Notes under the pieces: generated by a model
What the model saw: only the letters and a program-made list of their open reading frames with translations
Database searches by the model: none
Told to the model about the DNA's origin: nothing
In this document: in pieces, positions 1 through 6,986 of the stretch
Numbering within the stretch: the stretch's first letter is position 1
How the letters are laid out: every line of letters starts with the position of its first letter
Position numbers and translations under genes: made by a program
NCBI GenBank assembly: GCA_038740615.1
Contig: JAVYLQ010000016.1
Location: 1-12,714 of the forward strand
Direction of reading: 5' to 3'
Source: Candidatus Anstonellales archaeon
GTDB lineage: Archaea > Micrarchaeota > Micrarchaeia > Anstonellales > J096
DNA length: 12,714 nt

Positions 1-564
1 TTAGTGGAGATAAGAGCTTATGATGTAGATGGAAGATACGGGAATAATCACACGAGTTTTAGATTGATATTAGTAAGGGAGGAGCCGGACAATAAATCGC
101 TAAATATTATTCCAACTAAACCAAATACATATATCATTCCGACTAATAATTATAATTTAGATGATGGGGATAGCTCTGTTCCTAAGATTCAACAACCAGA
201 AAATAGAGTTCCATCAACCCCTAAGCATGAACAACCTGATTACGGGCAGCAGGATATAGATAAGAATATATTATCTAATACGGAGAACCCAATCACTAAT
301 ATACCAGTACAGATTATAATATTAATAGTATTCGCTCCAATATCTGCTCTATTAATCCTATCAAGAGTATTAAGATACAGTTTAGTAATTAGGGATGAAA
401 AAACTATCATAAAGGTAAGAAATATTCTTGGATCGCCTATGAAAGGGATAAGAATTGAGGGATTTGATGTTGCAAGCGATCAGAATGGAGTTATTATATT
501 AAATGTACCTGTTGATAAAGTGAAATTCAAAGGATTATGGATAAAGATTAGGGATAGAGCTTAG
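1..564 (+). CDS. 5'-truncated membrane-anchored (cell-surface) hypothetical protein
   Basis: The frame is open from base 1 (TTA GTG GAG...), so the true start is probably upstream of the window. It shows an Ig-like domain end (EIRAYDVDGRYG), a Pro/Asn/Gln-rich linker, one hydrophobic helix (IIILIVFAPISALLIL) and a ~65-aa C-terminal domain. Confidence 0.7.
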   Translation, partial: LVEIRAYDVDGRYGNNHTSFRLILVREEPDNKSLNIIPTKPNTYIIPTNNYNLDDGDSSVPKIQQPENRVPSTPKHEQPDYGQQDIDKNILSNTENPITNIPVQIIILIVFAPISALLILSRVLRYSLVIRDEKTIIKVRNILGSPMKGIRIEGFDVASDQNGVIILNVPVDKVKFKGLWIKIRDRA

Positions 565-691
565 TCCGGAAGTTAGTTAGACTCTAATAAATAACAGATC
601 CGTACAAAGCTGTTCCATAGTCATAAAATTTCAAAACTAAATAATCTAAGAGTATTTGAGCTCGTTCTTTTCCCCTCGTATCTTTAGATAG

Positions 692-791
692 TGCAGGGGG
701 TGGGATTTGAACCCACGCAGCCACGATGGCACCAGATATCACAGTATCCCTCTTGAGTCTGGCCCGTTTGACCAGGCTCCGGCACCCCTGC
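692..791 (-). tRNA. tRNA-Leu(CAA) with a 14-nt intron at canonical position 37/38
   Basis: The reverse complement folds as GCAGGGG/CCCCTGC-A acceptor stem, D arm with GG, anticodon stem CCAGA/TCTGG with CT-CAA-G[intron]A, long variable arm, and GTGGG-TTCAAAT-CCCAC T arm. Mature length is 86 nt and CCA is not encoded. Confidence 0.96.
738..751 (-). other. tRNA intron AGGGATACTGTGAT
   Basis: Removing these 14 nt restores the 7-nt anticodon loop CTCAAGA. Confidence 0.9.
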
Positions 792-806
792 TCCCAATTC
801 TATTTA

Positions 807-1826
807 TCAGGATCTATTTAAAAATTTCTCATATGTCGATATGTATTCTTTAATGATATTATCAATGTGGAATTTATTAGCAATCTCACGCATCCTACGA
901 TAATCCATCTCCCCAGCCAACTCTACAGCTCTGATAAATCCTTCACGATCTCTAAAAGTTAGACCAAATTCTCTTATATAATCTGCTATAGCTGTATTCT
1001 CATGAGCTATAACCGGTGTTCCTGAGGCAAGAGCTTCCACACAGACCAATCCTAAAGTATCAAAATCTGAATTGAAAACCAATGCATATGCATCTCTGTA
1101 TAATTCTCTAAGTCTCTCCTCACTAACAAAACCTAAAAACTCCACATCTATCCCATATTCCTGAGCTCTCATTCTATAGTATTCCATAGCCGGTCCTCTT
1201 CCAGCTATGTACAATGGCATAGATATGTCTTTCAGATACTCAAATATCCCATCTATTTTCTTCTCCTTTACCAATCTACCTACGTGTAGGAGAAATCTAT
1301 CCTTTGTATCAGAATAGTAATATCGATTTACATCTATTGGAATAGGTAGAACGTCCACATCTCTAACTCCTAATGTATTGAGTCTATGTTTTATCATAGG
1401 AGACGGAGATAGCGTGAGATCATATCGATTCAACAATTCTCTAACATAAACTTCAGCTATCCAACTTGGCATTTTGATATAGTGAGTAGCTCTGGTTATA
1501 TCTGTATGGTAGTGTCCTATTATCGGTATTTTTTTCCTCCGGGCTAAGAGAATTCCGTATATAGCAGTTAATGCCACACCATGATTGTGTACAAGATCTA
1601 CATCAAGATCTCTCAACATATCTGGTATAACTAGCTGATATTCCTTATAGAAAGGTAGTCTAATCCCTGGAGAGGGTATGTAATTATCTGGTTTAGGATC
1701 AGTATTAGGACCCAATACTACTATTTCATATCCATATGCCTCTAAAGCTGGAATCAGTAGATCCAGAGCTCTAACAACACCATCCACATTAGGATGATAT
1801 GTATCTGTGGTAAAGAGAATTCTCAT
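807..1826 (-). CDS. Glycosyltransferase family 4 (GT-B fold)
   Basis: MRILFTTDTYHPNVDGV N-terminus, GHYHTD, VGRLVKEK, and the DTLGLVCVEALASGTPVI nucleotide-sugar binding motif. Confidence 0.93.
   Translation of the reverse strand: MRILFTTDTYHPNVDGVVRALDLLIPALEAYGYEIVVLGPNTDPKPDNYIPSPGIRLPFYKEYQLVIPDMLRDLDVDLVHNHGVALTAIYGILLARRKKIPIIGHYHTDITRATHYIKMPSWIAEVYVRELLNRYDLTLSPSPMIKHRLNTLGVRDVDVLPIPIDVNRYYYSDTKDRFLLHVGRLVKEKKIDGIFEYLKDISMPLYIAGRGPAMEYYRMRAQEYGIDVEFLGFVSEERLRELYRDAYALVFNSDFDTLGLVCVEALASGTPVIAHENTAIADYIREFGLTFRDREGFIRAVELAGEMDYRRMREIANKFHIDNIIKEYISTYEKFLNRS
815..824 (-). promoter_or_regulatory. Putative TATA box for tRNA-Leu, inside the 3' end of the GT4 gene
   Basis: The minus strand reads GAAAT-TTTTAAATA, ending 23 nt upstream of the mature tRNA 5' end. 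It has the same core and spacing as the other promoters in the window. Confidence 0.55.
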
Positions 1827-2737
1827 AAATCAAACACTGTCCTCTCTTTTCGAACTTTCTGAATGCTGTTTATAACATTCTCAACTCTCTGTGCTGAGAA
1901 CCCATGTCTTGTTACTAAGATCTCTCTGAGTCGATCCGGATCAAAGCTCGGGAAATCCAGCTTTACATCTTTAACAGGAGGATTTAGAAAAAACTCAAAT
2001 ATCTCCATAGCATCGACTCCATTATCTCTGGATATCATATCAAGAATTTCACTCTTGCTCATTTTCCTAACCATCTCCAATCCTCTGATAGGCCCTACAC
2101 CATCTATACCGGCATTGAAATCAGTACCTATGAGCATTCCTAGTAAAATTAGCTGTTCATGATCTATATTTAGATGCTTTAGTACAGAATCTAATTCTAC
2201 AAATTCAAATCTGTTCTCCCCATAGTAATTTCTTAATATCCTCTTAGCTCCAAATAGGAAGCTATCGTAATCCTGACTGTTTATAGCATATGCTGTACCT
2301 ACTCTAGTTAAATAGCTAGCCTGCGCCTCTCCCTCAGAAGGAGCTATAATAGTTATAACTCCCATAGCATTCAACAATTCTATAGTCTCATCTTTCATAC
2401 TATCTGTAAATACCATATCTCTGTATTGGGTTTTCGATTTAGCTAAGATTCTTTTCTCTATCTCAGCTCTCTTAAAATACGGTGGTTTGCCATCAAATAC
2501 AACAATTAATTTTATTCTATTGATCAGGAAATTTGATAATCTGTAGAAAACTCCTGATAGATGTGATGTGATCTCACCTCTCTGATCTCTGAGATATTCC
2601 CCATCAGAAGTTCGTATTGCCGCTAGAAATTGATATATCATATTATTACCATCTATAGTAATGATTCTGTTTGATAGCTTGGAGATATGAACAGTTTGAG
2701 CTATAGGTTCTATCAATCTCTTGAGATCGCTACCCAT
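1823..2737 (-). CDS. fen: Flap endonuclease 1 (compact, 304 aa)
   Basis: IDGNNMIYQFLAAIR, TSHLSGVFYR, VFDGKPP, APSEGEAQA, SQDYD and GTDFN-GIDGVGP (H2TH). All seven catalytic carboxylates are present. Confidence 0.96.
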   Translation of the reverse strand: MGSDLKRLIEPIAQTVHISKLSNRIITIDGNNMIYQFLAAIRTSDGEYLRDQRGEITSHLSGVFYRLSNFLINRIKLIVVFDGKPPYFKRAEIEKRILAKSKTQYRDMVFTDSMKDETIELLNAMGVITIIAPSEGEAQASYLTRVGTAYAINSQDYDSFLFGAKRILRNYYGENRFEFVELDSVLKHLNIDHEQLILLGMLIGTDFNAGIDGVGPIRGLEMVRKMSKSEILDMISRDNGVDAMEIFEFFLNPPVKDVKLDFPSFDPDRLREILVTRHGFSAQRVENVINSIQKVRKERTVFDL

Positions 2738-3165
2738 TATCTCTCTTCTGCTTTCAGAAAAGATTCTAAAGAGACTCTTTCACTCTTTGTATCAGATTCA
2801 TCCTCTATAATCTCAGATACCACTTCCTCTATTAGCAGTTCCTTACCTATAGCTTTCTCAAGTTTTCTAATAATACTTATATCAACCAATCTACCGGCCA
2901 TTATGTTACTCAAATCTCTCTCAGATATTTTTGTATAGAGAGATAATGCTCTTAGATCAAACCCTCTCGATTTCATAAACTCTTCAATTCTGATTTTAGT
3001 ATCTTCTCGGAGTCTGTGTGTTACGAATCTCTCTTTCCTAGTCTTCAACTTAGGTTTTGGTTGGATTGGATCGGCATTACCACAACTATCACACACCTCT
3101 ACTTCTGCACCTTCTATAATAATAGTTCTAGTAGCTTTCCGTTTACCACAGATCTCGCAGATCAT
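2737..3165 (-). CDS. Archaeal multiprotein bridging factor aMBF1 (Zn ribbon + Cro-like HTH)
   Basis: N-terminal CEICGK...IEGAEVEVCDSC zinc ribbon followed by an HTH ending in IRKLEKAIG. Confidence 0.85.
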   Translation of the reverse strand: MICEICGKRKATRTIIIEGAEVEVCDSCGNADPIQPKPKLKTRKERFVTHRLREDTKIRIEEFMKSRGFDLRALSLYTKISERDLSNIMAGRLVDISIIRKLEKAIGKELLIEEVVSEIIEDESDTKSERVSLESFLKAEER

Positions 3166-3674
3166 ATTCTGATAGTTAGAATCTTAACTAGATCCTTTCC
3201 ACTCAGTTCTCTATAGATTTTCTCTGCAAATATCTCTACTCCATCTAACCCCGTCTTATCTTGAAAATCTTTGAAACTTGAGTAAGGTCTTCTCTCTAGA
3301 ACAATTTTCAAAGTCTTCTTACCAATCTGTGGTAAGAATTCAAGTGTATGTGTTCTGGTGTTTATTGGCTTTGCATTGTTCAGAAAATCCACATATCTCG
3401 CTTCGTCTTCCCTAACAATCTTCTTCAGAACATCTTTTAGATTCATTCTTGCACCTTCTGTTAACTCCTGAAAAGATATTCTACCTTTAACCACATCAAT
3501 AACCTCTCTCTTCTGCTTATCCTTTCCTATGTAGTATTTCTCTCCTATTTTAGGTGTAGTCCCTTTCTTTATGACCCCTGTCAGAAATGTGAATCTATCT
3601 ACTCCTATCATATAGGCTAATCCTCTTCCATCTGGGGATATATTAAAATCTAATATGTATGCATAATCTTCCAT
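3162..3674 (-). CDS. DUF655 family putative RNA-binding protein
   Basis: MEDYAYILDF, YIGK..REVI, PINTRTHTLEFLPQIGKK and RPYSSFKD motifs. It occupies the conserved position after rpl21e-rpoF. Confidence 0.92.
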   Translation of the reverse strand: MEDYAYILDFNISPDGRGLAYMIGVDRFTFLTGVIKKGTTPKIGEKYYIGKDKQKREVIDVVKGRISFQELTEGARMNLKDVLKKIVREDEARYVDFLNNAKPINTRTHTLEFLPQIGKKTLKIVLERRPYSSFKDFQDKTGLDGVEIFAEKIYRELSGKDLVKILTIRI

Positions 3675-3682
3675 AATGAATT

Positions 3683-3973
3683 CTATTTAGAGAATATTTT
3701 TATAATCTTATCTATATCTATATCCCCTTCACCATACTCAATTAATAGCTCTCTGATGAGTTCGGGATGAGTGGGTTTCAGATCCACTAATTTAGCTATC
3801 GCCTCATCATTCTTCAATCCAATTTCCTTAAGTTTATCAACGTATTTTAGATCATCTACATCTATATCCTCCATGTGAAGGTACTGAAGTTTGATATTAT
3901 AAGTATAATCCCCTGATTTCATTAATCTCTTTACTTCAGCTTCAGGGATAGCGTTTATACTGATGATTTTCAT
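3683..3973 (-). CDS. rpoF: DNA-directed RNA polymerase subunit Rpo4 (RpoF)
   Basis: IPEAEVKRLM N-terminus and AIAKLVDLKPTHPELIRELL HRDC-like motif. It lies between rpl21e and DUF655, the conserved archaeal synteny. Confidence 0.85.
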   Translation of the reverse strand: MKIISINAIPEAEVKRLMKSGDYTYNIKLQYLHMEDIDVDDLKYVDKLKEIGLKNDEAIAKLVDLKPTHPELIRELLIEYGEGDIDIDKIIKIFSK

Positions 3974-4248
3974 AATCTCTGCAAATGTATTGGTAGAACA
4001 ATCAATCTCTTGAGTTCTTTCCCTAGCATTACTCTAACTACATATGAAGATCCTCTCTTCTCTTCTATTTCCCCAACCAGATTCTTGTATCTTCTGTGTG
4101 GTATCTGTCCAGCTCGATAATATGGGACAGGCATTATTCTAACTCTCTCTCCTATCTCAAAAACTCTTACAAAATCAGTAGGTGTTAATCTACGTTCTAA
4201 CCTTAGAGATTTTAGGAATTTACTCAAATATCCTTTTGATCTCTTCAT
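3970..4248 (-). CDS. rpl21e: 50S ribosomal protein eL21 (L21e)
   Basis: MKRSKG start, FEIGERVRI, PHRRYKNLVGEI..KRGSSYVVRV and K.LIVLPIHL. Start reassigned to ATG 4248, which matches the family N-terminus and lies 21 nt from the TATA box. Confidence 0.95.
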   Translation of the reverse strand: MKRSKGYLSKFLKSLRLERRLTPTDFVRVFEIGERVRIMPVPYYRAGQIPHRRYKNLVGEIEEKRGSSYVVRVMLGKELKRLIVLPIHLQRL

Positions 4249-4267
4249 GAGTTTATTATAAACGATC

Positions 4268-4277
4268 AATTTAAAAA
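4268..4277. promoter_or_regulatory. Putative shared TATA box for divergent rpl21e and tbp
   Basis: TTTAAAAA (4270-4277) has exactly 21 nt on each side before the two ATGs. Confidence 0.6.
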
Positions 4278-4298
4278 GATTCTTAATCATATTTAAAT

Positions 4299-4874
4299 AT
4301 GAATTCTAAAGATAGGGAAAAATTGAAGATAGTTAATATGGTTGCATCTGCAGATCTAAGTGTTGAGATCGATATTGATAAATTCGCTAGAACTTCTGAA
4401 AACGTAGAATACGAACCAGAACAGTTTCCTGGAGCAATAATAAGGTACACTAATCCCAGAACCACAGTTTTACTATTCAGAAATGGTAGGATAGTAATCG
4501 TAGGTAGTAAGAATCAAAATGATATCAAAGAGACCATTGTTCAGTTAGTTAATGATCTGAATGCAAGAGGAGTAATAAGAAGTAATACTACATTGACTGC
4601 AGATACAATAAAATACAACATCCCGAACTATGTAGCATTGGGTGAATTAGAATTCTCAATTGATTTGGATAATCTTCTTACTGATCCAGATCTAAACCTA
4701 GAATACGAACCAGAACAGTTTCCTGGGATAATGATCTGGATAGATAAGTATAATTCCACAGCATTGGTTTTTAGGAATGGTAAGATAATTCTCTCAGGAA
4801 ACAGAGATATTGAAAGTATGAATCGATCATTCTCCTATCTGAAAGAAGTTTTAAATAAGTATAGATTAAACTAA
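4299..4874 (+). CDS. tbp: TATA-box binding protein
   Basis: Two direct repeats, each with N.VA, EYEPEQFPG and L.FRNG.I...G. All four intercalating Phe residues are retained. Confidence 0.97.
   Translation: MNSKDREKLKIVNMVASADLSVEIDIDKFARTSENVEYEPEQFPGAIIRYTNPRTTVLLFRNGRIVIVGSKNQNDIKETIVQLVNDLNARGVIRSNTTLTADTIKYNIPNYVALGELEFSIDLDNLLTDPDLNLEYEPEQFPGIMIWIDKYNSTALVFRNGKIILSGNRDIESMNRSFSYLKEVLNKYRLN
4405..4432 (+). repeat. 28-nt exact direct repeat, copy 1 (TAGAATACGAACCAGAACAGTTTCCTGG)
   Basis: Identical to 4699-4726. Confidence 0.95.
4699..4726 (+). repeat. 28-nt exact direct repeat, copy 2
   Basis: Identical to 4405-4432. Confidence 0.95.
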
Positions 4875-4878
4875 ACTC

Positions 4879-5835
4879 ATGATATACTGGATATTCGCTC
4901 TAATCCTCTTAGCAGGATGTTTAGGAAGTAGTAGTGATGATAATACACAACCAGATCCTATCAAATTGGAATTTAAACATGAATACAATCAAACTATTCT
5001 AAGTCTTTGGGAATCTATGCTTAATAGATCCTACAGATTTCAGGCTCTAGAATCCATAGAAAATAGATCTACTTATGTAGATGCGACTGTTTTAGGGGAT
5101 GATTATAATATAAAACTAGATATATTTGGGGATGGTGGATTGGTTTATTACGCATACAAGAATGAAAATTTATCCAGATATTGTGTAGTATTGATGAATA
5201 GATTTCTGAACTGTACGGATTCTGAAATGTTATTCAGATTGGGACTAAGAGATTATGGTTCTGAATCTGTATTTGCATATATATTCAATAGAAGTGTAGT
5301 TGATTCTGAAAGGGATTATATAAATTCACTTACAGATTCTCCTAATATAAGCATATCTAAAGTAGATAATGGTTATAAGGTATTCTTCAAATTATCAGAT
5401 CTTAAGATGGAGGATTTAAGAAAGCTGGGATTTAGTGTATCAGACATCACAAGAATTGATAGTATAGAGATCAATATATACTTTCAGAATTCTGGTTATC
5501 GAATAGAACAATATCAATATCTTACAAACGGTAGTATAATAAGAAAAGATAGTCAGGTGAACATATCCTTAGAGATATCAAATCTAGGAGATTTTGAATT
5601 GGATGAGGATAAATACAGTAAGATAATGCTAAGAGATATGATAAATGTTATGAATTACTACCTTCTTATTAAGAGTGGATACTATAGTGACGAAACAGAA
5701 ATATATAAGCTGGCTGTGGCAACAGGAGTACCCGAATACTGTCTATACACTTCGAAAAGAGATACGTGCATATCTTATTATGTTCACATGACTGGAGATA
5801 AAAGAGCATGTGATTTGATTGGCATAGCTTGCTAA
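4879..5835 (+). CDS. Hypothetical lipoprotein with a Cys-rich C-terminus
   Basis: Short hydrophobic signal ending in the lipobox LAGC (Cys14), a Ser/Asp linker, and six further Cys, four of them in the last 33 aa. Confidence 0.75.
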   Translation: MIYWIFALILLAGCLGSSSDDNTQPDPIKLEFKHEYNQTILSLWESMLNRSYRFQALESIENRSTYVDATVLGDDYNIKLDIFGDGGLVYYAYKNENLSRYCVVLMNRFLNCTDSEMLFRLGLRDYGSESVFAYIFNRSVVDSERDYINSLTDSPNISISKVDNGYKVFFKLSDLKMEDLRKLGFSVSDITRIDSIEINIYFQNSGYRIEQYQYLTNGSIIRKDSQVNISLEISNLGDFELDEDKYSKIMLRDMINVMNYYLLIKSGYYSDETEIYKLAVATGVPEYCLYTSKRDTCISYYVHMTGDKRACDLIGIAC

Positions 5836-5837
5836 AT

Positions 5838-6986
5838 ATGATAGGAGGAGTTAGGGAGTATTTTGATAAGGATTATAGAAAACTGAAGTATATTCTAGAT
5901 ACAATAGAAAAGATATATGCTAGTTATGGTTACAGACCTTTGGAAACTTCAGTATTCGAAGATTTGAACATATTACTCAAAAAAGGAGGAGAAGAAATTA
6001 GAGAACAGATCTTTAGATTTGATAGAATTGGGTTAAGATTTGATCACACAGTTCCATTGATCAGATTTGCAGAAGAACACAAGGAATTACCTAGACCCAT
6101 TAAGAGATATTCTATAGGGAAAGTATATAGAAATGAAGATCCTCAGAGAATGAGATATATAGAATTTATACAGGCTGATATAGATGTGGTAGGTAGTAAT
6201 AGTATATATTCTACTCTAGAGATTCTGGAGATTGCTGAACTTGTTTTGAGTTCTCTAGGATTAAGTGCACAGATCGAAGTAAACGATAGGAGGTTCTTGG
6301 ATGGTGTTGTGGCTGATTTAGATGATGATCAGAGATCTTTTCTATTCAGAACAGTAGATAAAATAGGACGATTTGGGGAGAGATGGGTGAGAGAACAGAT
6401 TGAAAGAAAGGGGATTAGTATGAAATACCTAGACATATTGCTAAGATCTGATCTGGAAACCGTTAAAGATTACTCTAAAGAAGCCTATGATACTCTTAGT
6501 AGAATAGGTAGAAAATTCAACCCCACATTAGTCAGAGGATTGGATTACTACACTGGAGAGATATTTGAGATCTCTATTGCAGGTATAAATGTTAGTGTTG
6601 GTGGTGGGGGTAGGTACTCTATGTTTTCAGAGAAACATAACGTTGGAATCAGTTTAGGAGTAAGTAGGTTATACGATCTGATTGATTATAAGGATCATAT
6701 TCATAGTATATTTATAGCTTGGATAGATGAGTTTGAGTACGCTGATTCAATAGCTAAAGAGCTTAGGAAGAGGGGTCTTGCTGTTGAAATAAACACAGAA
6801 GATAGATCTCTCAGAAAACAGCTAGAATATGCTTCTAAATACTATGGAAAATGTATAATAGTTGGTAGAAAAGAGAAAGAAGAGCAGAGTGTTGTAATAA
6901 GAGATTTAAAAAAAGGAGAACAGAATATAATCTCAGTGAAGGAATTATTGGAGAATTATAGCAAGTACTTTGATCAGTACTATTAA
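5838..6986 (+). CDS. hisS: Histidine--tRNA ligase
   Basis: GLRFDHTVP, motif 2 YRNEDPQRMRYIEFIQADID, HisA loop RGLDYYTG, GGGGRY, motif 3 VGISLGVSRL, and a C-terminal anticodon-binding domain (KQLEYASK). Start taken as ATG 5838 rather than TTG 5829. Confidence 0.96.
   Translation: MIGGVREYFDKDYRKLKYILDTIEKIYASYGYRPLETSVFEDLNILLKKGGEEIREQIFRFDRIGLRFDHTVPLIRFAEEHKELPRPIKRYSIGKVYRNEDPQRMRYIEFIQADIDVVGSNSIYSTLEILEIAELVLSSLGLSAQIEVNDRRFLDGVVADLDDDQRSFLFRTVDKIGRFGERWVREQIERKGISMKYLDILLRSDLETVKDYSKEAYDTLSRIGRKFNPTLVRGLDYYTGEIFEISIAGINVSVGGGGRYSMFSEKHNVGISLGVSRLYDLIDYKDHIHSIFIAWIDEFEYADSIAKELRKRGLAVEINTEDRSLRKQLEYASKYYGKCIIVGRKEKEEQSVVIRDLKKGEQNIISVKELLENYSKYFDQYY

Noticed and set aside
584..691. 35-codon stop-free minus-strand stretch after tRNA-Leu containing RAQILLDYLVL, faintly like a class III signal remnant
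   Set aside because: It has no start codon ahead of the motif and no sustained hydrophobic helix, so it is compatible with chance.
565..791. tRNA-Leu or tRNA-Glu as an integration site
   Set aside because: There is no integrase and I saw no duplicated tRNA 3' end in the window.
1863..2162. 99-aa plus-strand ORF
   Set aside because: It is an antisense shadow of FEN1 with no recognisable features.
2687..3216. 83-aa and 66-aa plus-strand ORFs
   Set aside because: They are antisense to FEN1, MBF1 and DUF655, with the Ser/Phe-rich composition typical of shadow frames.
4249..4290. 14-codon N-terminal extension of L21e in the ORF track
   Set aside because: It runs through the promoter spacer, and the family N-terminus begins at MKRSKG (4248).
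4283..4465. 60-aa minus-strand ORF
   Set aside because: It is antisense to tbp.
4405..4726. 28-nt repeats as a CRISPR array
   Set aside because: There are only two copies, 294 nt apart and in frame within tbp, and no cas genes.
5838..6986. HisZ rather than HisRS
   Set aside because: The RGLDYY loop and the C-terminal anticodon-binding domain are both present.
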